Of a DNA stretch of 50,763 bases, positions 37,674 through 49,473 are shown one piece after another. Source of the stretch: Octopus bimaculoides (lineage: Eukaryota). Location of the stretch: the NCBI RefSeq assembly GCF_001194135.2, contig NC_068991.1, positions 47,824,268 through 47,875,030 of the forward strand, read 5' to 3'. The notes under the pieces were generated by a model. It saw only the letters and a program-made list of their open reading frames with translations. It searched no databases and had not been told where the DNA came from. The translations under genes were made by a program, and so were the position numbers. Numbering within the stretch: position 1 is the stretch's first letter; each line of letters opens with the position of its first letter.

Positions 37674-38916
37674 TATATATATACATACATATCTATATAT
37701 AAATATATATAAAGACATGTACGAACACATGACACAAATATATTCTGCACGAATTTAATCGATTGCACCAAACACCCTAATTTGTTTTTGGTTTTTGTAC
37801 CCATGTTAACATTTATTACTAAACTGCACTTCACCACTAAGTCTGTTAAAACTTTATCACTCTTCCCTTCCTGTAGTCATCTATTCATTTTTTGTTGTTG
37901 TCATTGTTATTATTATTATTACTATTATTATTTCAATCATGAATTGACTGGCTGGCTGTTTAGTTGTATCTATTTGTTGCTTTTTGATGAACTAAAAATC
38001 TATAATCAATACACTTGGCTTATTCCACTTAGACATCTTGCCATTTGTTGTGCAAACATAAACTTCTCTTAAGATAGACAGACAGACAGACACACACACA
38101 TTGAAAGTATAAAGTAAATGGGCATTTCTTCTACCAGTTCCAGAGACGACCATTCCAGTTGTTCAATCAACAGGACTTCTATTTTTTTATTATTAAACAT
38201 CAATGTGTTTTAAAGAAAATGGAATATTAACAAATAATATATTGGATTACAATAGATCATCTACTCTTATAGAAGTTGTACAATTTCACATGTTATTAAA
38301 AGAATGGCACAATAGTTTCTATTCTTCTTTTTTTTTTTTGAGAAAATTTCACCCCAAAAATCAAGATATCATAAAGTTTTACAGTATATATATATATATA
38401 TATATATAGATTAAAAGGGTAAAGGTTTATCAATTTATTAATTTATTAATAAATCAACAATTAATAATTTTTACCAAGCCCTTCGGTATGTAAACACCAT
38501 TATCGGTGGAGAACTTATTTAAAAGTTCTTATACATTTATAAACATAATTAAGGGATCAGCAAACATTTGCTTGACCACATACCGAAGTTCAGAAATAGC
38601 AGCTAAAAAAGCTGAGACTCCAACAGATAGCATTACTTGTAACTCACAAAGGCAAAAACAAGAAGAAAAAACAATGAAAACTAACCATTCGAAGTTAATC
38701 ATAGANNNNNNNNNNNNNNNNNNNNNNNNNNNNNNNNNNNNNNNNNNNNNNNNNNNNNNNNNNNNNNNNTATGCATTCTGTACCCACTGTGCAAGTGTCT
38801 TCTACTATAAGCCTTGGGCTGACCAAAGTTTTGTGAGTGAAAAAGCTTATGCCTTCTTTGTTTTTTATATATATATATATATATATATTTTATATACATA
38901 TATATATATATATATA

Positions 38917-39080
38917 CACGTAAAAGCACCCACTACACTCTCTGAGTGGTTGGCGTTAGGAAGGGCATCCAGCTGTAGAAACTCTGCCAAATTAGATTGG
39001 AGCCTGGTGTAGCCATCCGGTTGCACCAGTCCTCAGTCAAATCGTCCAACCCATGCTAGCATGGAAAGCGGACGTTAAAC

Positions 39081-39113
<33 letters not shown>
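38917..39113 (+). mobile_element. Retroposon 3' module D
   Basis: Near-identical to the reverse complement of 42648-42830; (GAT)n tail. Confidence 0.85.
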
Positions 39114-39378
39114 ATACACACACACACACATGCGGAGGGAGGGAGAGAGAAGCACAAGCATGGCTATGAGGTTAGACCTGCTTCTCAACCATATGTTCTT
39201 TGGTTAAGTAGCATTTTGAGTAAGTATCTTCTACTATAGTCCCAGGTTCAAAACATTGTAAATGGATTTCATAGATGGAAACTGATAGAAGCCTGTCATA
39301 TGTGTATGAGTACATGTGTGTGTACCATTGTCTTCACATTACATGATGGTTGTAAATTAGCATCACTATCATATAAGC

Positions 39379-39410
<32 letters not shown>

Positions 39411-39417
<7 letters not shown>

Positions 39418-39793
39418 TGCCTTCTAATTGATGTTTCAATACCAGCAGATGACAACGTTTCTCTAAAAGAAATGGAAAAACTTTCAAAATACAAAGACCT
39501 GGAAATAGAGATAACTCGAATGTGGAATCTAAAAACAGAAACAATTCCTATCATAGTAGGTGCCTTAGGTATAATAAAAAAATATTCAGACAAATACATA
39601 ACAAAAACACCAGGACTTACAAATATATATAACATACAGAAAATTGCACTACTGGGTACTGCACACATTCTACGCAAAACACTTTCAATACAGTAAACAT
39701 AAGAGCACCACAGCAAACCACAGCACATACCCAAGGCGCACAGAGCTGCGCTTAGTAGTGAAGTGAAAGCACGTTATAAAAATAAAACTACTG
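39411..39793 (+). mobile_element. 5'-truncated Dong/R4-like non-LTR retrotransposon (restriction-like endonuclease C-terminus) in (AAT)n
   Basis: Open frame 39412-39696: [53 protein letters not shown]...LLGTAHILRKTLSIQ*, with IDV..P and EK..KY..L RLE motifs; (AAT)n on both flanks. Confidence 0.88.
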
Positions 39794-39811
39794 AATAATA
39801 ATAATAATAAT

Positions 39812-40030
39812 GGTTTCACATTCTGGCACAAGGCCAGCTAGTTCAAGGGAGGGGGTAAGTCGATTACACCAAGTTCAGTGAGCAACTGGTGCTTATTTTA
39901 TCGACTCTGAAAGGATGAAAGGCAAAGTCAAACCTGGCAGAATTTGAACTCAGAATGTAGAGACAGACAAAATGCTGCTAAACATTTTGCCTGCCATGCT
40001 AAGAATTCTGCCAGCTTGCCACCTTAATAA
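39812..40030 (-). mobile_element. SINE family B monomer flanked by (AAT)n
   Basis: Reverse complement of the 47836 consensus. Confidence 0.85.
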
Positions 40031-42073
40031 TAATAATAATAATAATATAAATAAGGTGGAGAGTAACAAAGTTTTAGCAGACAGAATGTAACTATGATAA
40101 CATAGGTGCAAAAACCAAGAGTTAGAGGGTAGGGTAAATGCAATTGATTAAAACATTGCCGTATTTGACTGATACTTATTTTATCAATGATTGCAGGTGG
40201 ATAAAAAGCAAAGTTGACCTCATTGAGAAAGAAAAATCACCAAGGCAAGAAATGAGGTTACATTAGCTTGTTAGCCAGACAACTTATATTATACATATAT
40301 ATACATATTTTCTATTCATTTCAAGGACATATTAACAGCAGTAACAGGGAAGAAAAGTATGTGAATTGAGCCAATGAGGATGTCACTATGTGGTTGATAA
40401 ATCTGTTACAAATATCAGCAAAATTTCCCTTAAATCACAGTAATGTTGTAAAAAAGAAAAAAAAAGGATAACTAGGTTAATGTACATTAGAAGTATAATG
40501 TCTGAAAAAAGAAGAGATGTTCACAGTTGGAAAGTCTTTGAGTAGAGAATAACACAGAGATAAATAACAATGGTTATTTAGTCAAATATCCTTTAAATTA
40601 CAAACCATATTGTCTTTAGAATACAAAAATATTGGATAGCATATCTCTGAAAGAAAGTTACGAACAGGATGGTCACAGCTGGTACATTTTATTTATTTAT
40701 CTATTATTAAATCACATTTTGCAAGGCCAAAGCTAACAGAACTTGAAGCTAAATAATTTGTCTATCGTAGAAGTTCACTTTTTTTGTTATTGTTGATGTT
40801 AGTTTTAAAATCATGGAAAATTTAATTTTGGAAAAGAAATCCCAAAACTTTAATGAAGTTAAATAGTTTTAGTGATTAAAAAAAAGCTGTGTGGTAAGAA
40901 GCTTGCTTCTCAACCACACGATTCCAGGTTCAGTCCCACTACATGCCACCTTAGGCAAGTGTCTTCTATATAGCCTCGGACCAACCAAAACCTTGTTAGG
41001 GGATTTGGTAAATGGAAACTGAAAGAAGCCCGTTGTATATACATATGTATATATATTTATGTGTGTGTGTGTGTTTGTCTCCCATCACCACCACCATCAC
41101 TTGACAACTGGTGTTGGTGTGTTTACTTCCTGTAACCTAGCGGTTTGGCAAAAGTGACTGACAGAATAAGTACTAGGCTTACAAAGAATAAGTCCTGGGG
41201 TTGATTTCTTCGACTAAGACCCTTTAATGAGGTGCTCTAGCATAGCTGCAGTCATATGATAGAAACAAGAAAAAGAATAAAGAATAAAAGAATATCTAAA
41301 CTAAGGAAGATATGAATTATATAAGAATATAAAAATGGAATGTGGAGGTTCATGGCTTAGTGGTTAGGGTGTTGGACTCATGATTGTAAGATTGAGGTTT
41401 TGATTTCTGGACCAGGCAATGCATTGTGTTCGTGAGCTAAACACTTCATTTTGGTCTTCTCAGTCCACTGAGCTGGTAAAAATGAGTAATCCTGTGATGG
41501 GTCAACGTCCCATCCAGAGAAATCAGGAAACTAGCCTTATGTTCCTTATAGAGTAAGGAATAAAGCACAGGCATGGCTGTGTGGTAAGTAGTTTACTTTA
41601 CAACCACATGGTTCTGAGTTCAGTCCTACTGCATTACATACACACAAACACATGTAATATGTTGTATATCATATGCAACATGTTTATAATGTGCAAATTA
41701 TCAAAACAGTCTAAAAACTGTTGACTAAAAACCTTGTTGCTGGTTTAGATTTTAATGCTTAGTTGTGAGCACTTTCAAGTGCATAGAACTTAATCAAGTG
41801 AGCTGATTTGTGTTCTCATCAGTAATTGGGGTTAATTGGAGGTAAAATCAAGTAAATTAGGGGCCAGAAATGCTAACATGCCTTCCTTTACTGCTAAGAA
41901 ATCCTATATATATATTTCCAGGTGCAGGCATGACTGTGTGGTAAGAAGCTTGCTTTCCAACCACATGGTTTCAGGGTCAGTCCCACTGTGCGAACCTTGG
42001 GCAAGTGTGTTCTACCATAGCTTCGAGCCAGCCAATGCTTTGTGAATGAATTTGATAGACAGAAGCTGTGTGG

Positions 42074-42107
<34 letters not shown>

Positions 42108-42647
42108 CGGTGCCATGTTAAAAGCATCCAACATACACTGTAAAGTGGTTGGTATTAGGAAGGTCATCCAGTCATAGAAACTAAGCCAAATCAGACTGGA
42201 ACCTGGTGTAGCCTCATTGTTTGCCAGCTCTGGTCAAACTGTCCAACCTATGCTAGCATGGAAAACATATGTTAAAAGATAATGATGATGATGATGGTGT
42301 GTGTGTGTGCCTTTTTATTTGTGCTTCTCCACCACTCAGCAACCAGTGGTGGTTTGTTGACATCCCTGTAATTTAGTGGTTCAGCTAAGAAGACCAATAG
42401 AATTAGTACCAAGTTTACAAAATAACATTGGGGTCAATCAAATGAACAACCCTTCAAGGTGGTACCCTAGCATGTGCACACTCCGATGATTGAAACAAGT
42501 AAAAGATAAAAGATTTCCTCACCATGTTAATCTGTGCTGGAATATTTCATGAAGTGATGTAGATAAGCAAAAGTGTTCCATCATTCTTAGGTTATAATTG
42601 TCAGTTCATCAACCCAATGTATGTATTCTACACCAACACAATATCCT

Positions 42648-43018
42648 CATCATCATCATCGTCGTTTAACGTCCGCTTTCTATGCTAGCATGGGTTGGAC
42701 GATTGACTGAGGACTGGTGGACCAGGAGGCGACACCAGGCTCCAATCTGATTTGGCAGTGTTTCTACAGCTGGATGCCCTTCCTAACGCCAACCACTCCG
42801 AGAGTGTAGTGGGTGCTTTTATGTGCCACCGGCACAATGGCCAGTCAGGCGGGTAATGGCGACAGCCACGCTCGAAATGGTGTATTTTACATGCCACCTG
42901 CACAGGAGCCTATCCATCGGCACTGGCAATGATCTCGCTTGAATATCTTTTCACGTGCCAAGAATGCGACGTTGGTAACGATCAACGGCCACGCTCGAAA
43001 TGGTGTGTTTTACATGTC
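42648..43018 (-). mobile_element. Retroposon 3' module D with four internal repeats
   Basis: Homologous to 21620-21945. Confidence 0.8.
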
Positions 43019-43661
43019 AACAATAGTTTACCAGAAATCCAGCTAAGATGACAGGTATCTCGTGTAGCTATCATTCTGGGTAGGTAGGCAGGTATTGTCT
43101 CTGAGGGTAGAGCAAAGTCTTGCAAGAAAGACCAGACTTCTTTAGACAGCATCTTAAATGACTGCATGTCTACTCAGAATTGTATGGCATTTTGATGATT
43201 GATGTAAATCTAATGAGCAAGATGAAAATGACTTGCTCACTGTAACAATGTTCGTTGTTATGTTATGTTGATATTGTGTCATTTTAGGTTGTTTTATTAT
43301 TTTATATACATACACATGTGCCTATAAATACTTATACACAAACACATATACATACAAACAAGCTTTGTTTTATACTTTACTGCTGTTTACATTATTTTTA
43401 TTGCAGTTGCTATTTGCCCTGTCTTTATTGTTACATGTAATAATAACAATGATGATGACGATGATGTATTCCAGTGTTGCTACGAGAGTTAATATGTATA
43501 GGTTTCATGTCTTCCCATTGGTCAAACATCTAGCTTTGATCAAGTAATTTATCATGCTTGTATACAACGTATGTGCTCATTTAGTATTATGTGAAAATCA
43601 TATTTGCACTTATCTACTACAAACTACTTTATATGAGGACATGATGGTGTTTTTCTCTTAG

Positions 43662-43733
43662 ATGTTATCTTTGCAGGAGTGTTCGTGTGTATTTGCAGTT
43701 CTCTCTCTTCTGGAGTTGCTGAAATCATTCTAG
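43662..43733 (+). CDS. Tentative exon E, hydrophobic: (x)VIFAGVFVCICSSLSSGVAEIIL
   Basis: Strong tttttctcttAG acceptor, TAG|GTttaa donor, 72 nt, phase 1 to 1, TM-like composition. Link to exons A-D unproven. Confidence 0.3.
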   Translation: MLSLQECSCVFAVLSLLELLKSF

Positions 43734-44828
43734 GTTTAAAAGTGTGTTATAACTGGTAAACACTTGAATATACACTTCTTTCCCAGACAGATAAACAGGT
43801 GTATGGAAATTGTATAATACAAACAAATACATACATGCTCACACAAAAACAAGCTTTCCTTGATGTTTAAAGCTTGCATTGACAATTGTAGCTGACATAT
43901 TCTACATGTTGGACAATAATAATTTATGATGATTATGGAGATAGCTGAATAATGATATTCTTGCCTTAACTCTATAACTGCAACATTAAATTTCATGATT
44001 ATTCCAGTAATGATGTTAACAATCTACCAAAAGACAGAGAATTGGTATTTTCTGCAAGTCACATTGCCTTAATAAACTTGACATGTCTCAACAAAAAAGG
44101 TTTCAAACATGACATTCTTTAACAAAAGATAGATTGGTATATAAAATAGCTTTTGTAGTTAAGGGAACTGAAATTTTGAGTATATATCTGATTTTTTTTT
44201 TAGATATATCTGATTTTTTTTTTAGATATATCTGATTTTTGAGAAATTTTGAAATATTTCTGGCATTTTGAGGTATATCTGATTTCTGCAATAAAAGGGT
44301 TAACACAAGGTTACAAATTTGCAAGGGGAAAGGGGTATTGTTGATGGAATCAGTACCAGTACATTAGTGTAAGAACTATTATGCCACCCAATTTAACATC
44401 ACAACTTGTTTTTTTTGGTGTCTCTAGTGGATTTCACACTGTTGGAAGAATTCAGACCAGACATCTTCCTCTCCTCCTAGTTCCCTCCCAACTATTTCTT
44501 TTGTTTTTTTTCATCCTGCAGGTATAAACTAAGTATCAGCTGTATGGATTTCACCAATCTGAGAGAGATAGGACCTACAAAAATATGGTCTCTGTCCCTA
44601 ATCTTTTTATTAACCTTTTTACCACTCAAAATTTCATTACCCTCAACTGCAAAAAGCACTTTTATATATACATTTTTTGTTGAGGAATGTCATGTTTGAA
44701 ACTAATTTTTGTTGAGATATGCCAATCTTACAGAGGTAATGTGACATGCAGAAAATACCATTTCTATATTTTTGGTAGATATTTTACACCGTTACTGGAA
44801 TAACCATGAAATTTAATTTCATGGTCAA

Positions 44829-45040
44829 CCCATTAGCAATTAAACTGGACATACCCAGTCCAAATACTTTACATGTTTTATGTTCAAACTGGTCAGGTCC
44901 AGCTTCTCACACCTACCCTACAGTGTCATTTTAAATATATACAATTGCATTGTTGAAACCGTGAGATAATACATGGTTAATTCAAAACAATGTGAATAAA
45001 TAAGCATTTCATTTGACAGAGTAATCTAAATGCTAAAGGG
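44829..45040. mobile_element. Second piggyBac-type MITE family
   Basis: TCAA-CCCATTAGCA left end and TGCTAAAGGG-TTAA right end (TIR plus a degenerate TTAA TSD). Confidence 0.7.
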
Positions 45041-45507
45041 TTAATTTATAAAATAAATCTTATTTTATTCTGGTAAATTTGAACTCTGAACTACTACAAT
45101 GGCCATCAATCATGTACTGTTGAGATATAAATTGATGGTAGTGGATGTGTAGTTTGACAATGAGAAACCAGCTGCTTGATCAACTGAATTACGTGCTTCT
45201 GGATTAACATGTTAATGGCTGAATATTCCACAGGCTTATTCGTCTATTTGTTTCAGTCATTTGACTGTAGCCATGCTGGAGCACCACCTTAAGGTTTTAG
45301 TTGAACAAATCAACCCCAGGATCTACTTTTAAGCCAGTACTTATTCTATCGGTCTCTTTTGCCAGACTGTTAAGTTATGGGGGGAGTAAACACCAACACC
45401 AGTTGCCAAGTGGTGATGGGGAGACAAACACATACATATATATATGTAACGGGCTTCTTTCAGCTTCCGTCTACCAAATCCATTCACAAAGCTTTGGTTG
45501 GAAACCC

Positions 45508-45581
<74 letters not shown>

Positions 45582-47600
45582 CGATGTGCTTCTTTCAGTT
45601 TCCATCTGCCAAATCCACTCACCAAGCTTTGGTTGGTCTGAGGCAATAGTAGAAGACACTTGTCCAAGGATTCACGTAACGAGACTGAACCTAGAAGACA
45701 CAAGCTTCTTACCACACAGTCACCCCTGCACTTGTACATTTAACATAATTTTCAGGCAGAATAACTGTGACACAGTGTGTGTTAAGGTTGTACCTTTTGA
45801 ATTAGAGGTAGTATCCTCTCAATGGGCTTCTATGCAGTTTCTGTCTACTCAATTTCACTCACTATGTATGGCCAACCTCAGACTATACAAAATAACATTT
45901 ACCCGAGATACTATGCTGTGGATTTGAACCTGGAAACTTGTGGTGATGAAACAAACTTCTTTACCATTCAACCACACTGCACTTACGATATAAATTAATA
46001 CTCATATAAATAGAACACGAGTAGAATTTATTAAACTTGGGAAAGTGCAGACAGTATAATTATACAGTATATTATAATAACATATTACAATTATAATACA
46101 ACATATATTAAAAGACATCACAGGAGAGTAACACTCATGGGAAAGTTTTATAGAACTAACATACACCTAGTTTAACTTAGTAAAACATCAATCATGCACA
46201 GTTGTTGAAAAGCCACTAACAACACCATTCTAATATTTTGGGATGTGTTGAATGAGAAAATTATATATCAATATATCAAAAATGAAATTTAACCAAATTA
46301 AATAATACTGTGGAATCTTTTGTTGAAATGTTAGAAAAACCTTTCTCGTGGTACAAAAACTTGTTCTAGTTTAAGAACTAAATTAATAGCTAACCACCTA
46401 CACTTTTTTCTGCAAAATAGGGGTAGTTTATCCTGTTCAGGCTATATTATTAGCATTATCCTGCGATTGAGAATCTAAAATCACTTCTTTAACTTTCTAA
46501 GACATCTCAACGCTTCTAAAAGCAACCTTCGTTTGTTTACGTTTATCGTAATTTGAATTTAACTAATTTTTGATGTTTCTTCTTGTATTTGAACTACAGT
46601 GAATTATACCTGATGTTTTTGGTAAAAAAAAAAAAATGATGTTTAGTCCAATCTAGCTTTTGATAAGTAAATAATTTATTTACAGTTCCAGAAAACATAT
46701 CCAAAGAAGAGTACAATTCAATGGAAGTACTCAATATATGATTAAGTAGAGAGTAGGCTTTTGTTTCCTTTTCTTTCAAATTTTTTAACTGGTTTCAATT
46801 ATTGTACTGTGGCCATGCTGGGGTACCAACTTGAAGGGTTTAGTCAAACAAATCAACACCAGTACTTAATTTTTTTTTAGTTTGTCACTTTAAGTCTCTT
46901 TTACCACAATACTAAGTTATGGAGATGTAAAGAAACCAACACTAGTTGTCAAGTGGTGTGGAATAAACACAAAGAGACACACATATATTTTTATATATGC
47001 AACAGTCTTTTTACAGTTTCTGTCTATCAAATTCACTTGCAAAGCATTATTGGTTGGCCCAGAATTATGAAAGAAGACTTGTCCATGCAAGCAGTGGCAG
47101 TGAACTTGAAACCACATGGATGCAAAACGAGCTTCTTAATCATGCTTGCGATATTTACCTCTATATAATAATAGCTGATATAAATGTTGGTTTGTTCATC
47201 TCCCCAGTCATGCTTTACATCATATATAGAGAGAGGAGGAGGAGGAGAGAGAGAGTAAAAGAGAATACAGAGTGAATTAACATAAGGAGTGTATATACGA
47301 GGCTTTGTGGCAGGCAATGAGTAAAGGAACGCTACTCACACAGTGAGAGAAAGAATTATGGAGGTGGAATAAGAGGGAGCAAATTATAGATTAGTTGGCT
47401 GTAGCTGAAAAAGGATCTGCAATAGTTAATATTCATTATAATGAATATTTTCTTTAGATGCTTGTTAGGTAAGCTGTTCAGTTAGTAGAGTAGGTTTTTC
47501 TTTTTCCTTCTCATAAACCACAAGGGTATTCACTAGCTTAGGAACTTTTAGCAAACTGTTCCAAATGTATATATATCACTTCAATTACTACAATAATATT

Positions 47601-47806
47601 GGTTTCAAATTTTGGCACAGGACTAGCAATTTCGGTGAAGAGTTTGAGTCGATTACATTGACTGCAAGGACTTAACTGGTACTTATTTTATCGACCTCGA
47701 AAAGATGAAAGGCCAAGTCGACCTTGACGGAATCTGAACACAGACGGATGAACTGCTGCTTAAGCATTTTGTCTGCCTGCTAACGATTCTGCCGGATCGC
47801 CGCCTT
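47601..47806 (-). mobile_element. SINE family B monomer
   Basis: 18-bp TSD AATT(A/G)CTACAATAATATT at 47583-47600 and 47807-47824. Confidence 0.9.
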
Positions 47807-47835
47807 AATTGCTACAATAATATTAAGACACTCTT

Positions 47836-48239
47836 TAAGGCGGCGAGCTGGCAGAAACGTTAGCACGCCGAGCGAAATGCTTAGCGGTATTTCGTCTGCC
47901 GTTACGTTCTGAGTTCAAATTCCGCCGAGGTCGACTTTGCCTTTCATCCTTTCGGGGACGATTAAATAAGTACCAGTTACGCACTGAGGTCGATATAATC
48001 GACTTAATCCGTTTGTCTGTCCTTGTTTGTCCCCTCTATGTTTAGCCCCTTGTGGGCAATAAAGAAATAAGAAACGTTAGCACGGGAGGCGAAATGCTTA
48101 AAAGTATTTCGTCTGTCTTTATGCTCTGAGTTCAAATTCCGTCGAAGTCGATAAATTAAGTACCAGTTGCATACTGAGTCGATCTAATCGACTGGCCCAC
48201 TCCCCCAAAATTTCGAGCCTTGTGCTTCTAGTAGAAAAG
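47836..48239 (+). mobile_element. Young dimeric SINE family B
   Basis: Two monomers each with AGAAACGTTAGCACG..GAGTTCAAATTCCG; CpGs retained; 17-bp TSD AATATTAA(G/T)ACACTCTT at 47819-47835 and 48240-48256. Confidence 0.92.
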
Positions 48240-48638
48240 AATATTAATACACTCTTGCCACCATAGGTAATATCAGGAAATATGGCAGCCATACCATGAT
48301 TATGATTTATCTTTTTATCAAACTACCAGAGGTAATTTTATCAAATTACCCATGATAGCAAAAGCATACTCTCAAAGTTGCATGTGATATGACAGGTATC
48401 ACTTTATGTACAACTGTTTCAATATATCAATACTTTAAAAAAAAGTACGTTTGAAAAAATACATGCGCCGTACAACTGTGATGTGTATGCGTAGGTCACG
48501 ACACACAAACATTTACTAATATAAATAGTAGTGTGCCTCCACCTCTGCTCCACTGACCGACACATTAAAGACAATTAGCTGTAATAGTGCTTTCAGTACA
48601 GCACGTAATACCTTAACTTCGTGGAAACACTGACCAAG

Positions 48639-48864
48639 AAATTTTGGTAATTTTTCAGATTAATACCTGCACGATTACCTAACCCTAAAACCCTAACCCC
48701 TAAACCCCAACCCTAATCCTGACTCTAAAACCGTAACCCTAACACTAATCCTAACCCTAAACCTAAAACCCTACCCCTGACTCTAAAACCTTAACTCTGA
48801 CCCTAAAACCCTAACACCCTAGTGAAAATCGTGCAGGTGTTAATCTGAAAAATTACCGAAATTT
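48639..48864. mobile_element. Foldback with 38-bp TIRs enclosing degenerate (CCCTAA)n
   Basis: 48639-48676 versus 48827-48864 match 36/38; the 150-bp interior consists of CCCTAA variants. Confidence 0.8.
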
Positions 48865-49473
48865 TTCCTTTGAGCTGTGTGCTTGTGCGCGCACACATTT
48901 TACAAGTGCTCAAAGGATAAGAAACTGCGTACAAAGTTTTCAAGATGAAATCGAATTTTTTTTTTTATTGAAGACGATATGGTTACTCGCATGAATGCGC
49001 ACATACTGTGCGAAAAAAGACAACATTTTCACACAAGAAAACTTCGTCGAACACCTATAAAGTAAATTTAAGAGCGAACATTGCTATAATTGATACTTTC
49101 ACTATATCTGTATTTTGTAGAAACATTAACAGGTTGTTTTATTAGACAACTAACGAGTAAAAATGTTTATAAGTTTAACTGTTTGCATATGAAACCGAAC
49201 ATCAATCTTCTCAAGTTTGTTTTCATGTATAACAACATACGCACAATTCTTTTTTATCATTCATGAAATGATAAAACGGACCTAGTATTCTATTCAATTA
49301 AATCGGTTTTATTACAGTTTGCCGCATTTAATGAGCTATAAACGGAATATTAACTATCCGTGGATTTTCTATGGTTAGGGTAGGTAGTGTGTTTGTTTGT
49401 TTGTGTTATATATATATATATAACTACTTGCCTATGTGCTTTATATAATGCACACATTTATACACACCTGTAG

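Noticed and set aside
38470-38515. Minus-strand CCGATAA-T-GGTGT-TTAC-ATACC-GAAG hammerhead-like motif, possible Penelope end
   Set aside because: Several core lesions and no stem I; too weak without a family consensus.
39472-39696. Standalone host gene
   Set aside because: It is the truncated C-terminus of a retrotransposon endonuclease domain.
1787-47317. The many ORFs rich in HT, VC, YI, poly-V/T/P or X
   Set aside because: They are translations of (CA)n, (TA)n, trinucleotide tracts, SINEs or N gaps.
48677-48826. True telomere or chromosome-fusion scar
   Set aside because: Short, degenerate, single orientation and enclosed by TIRs.
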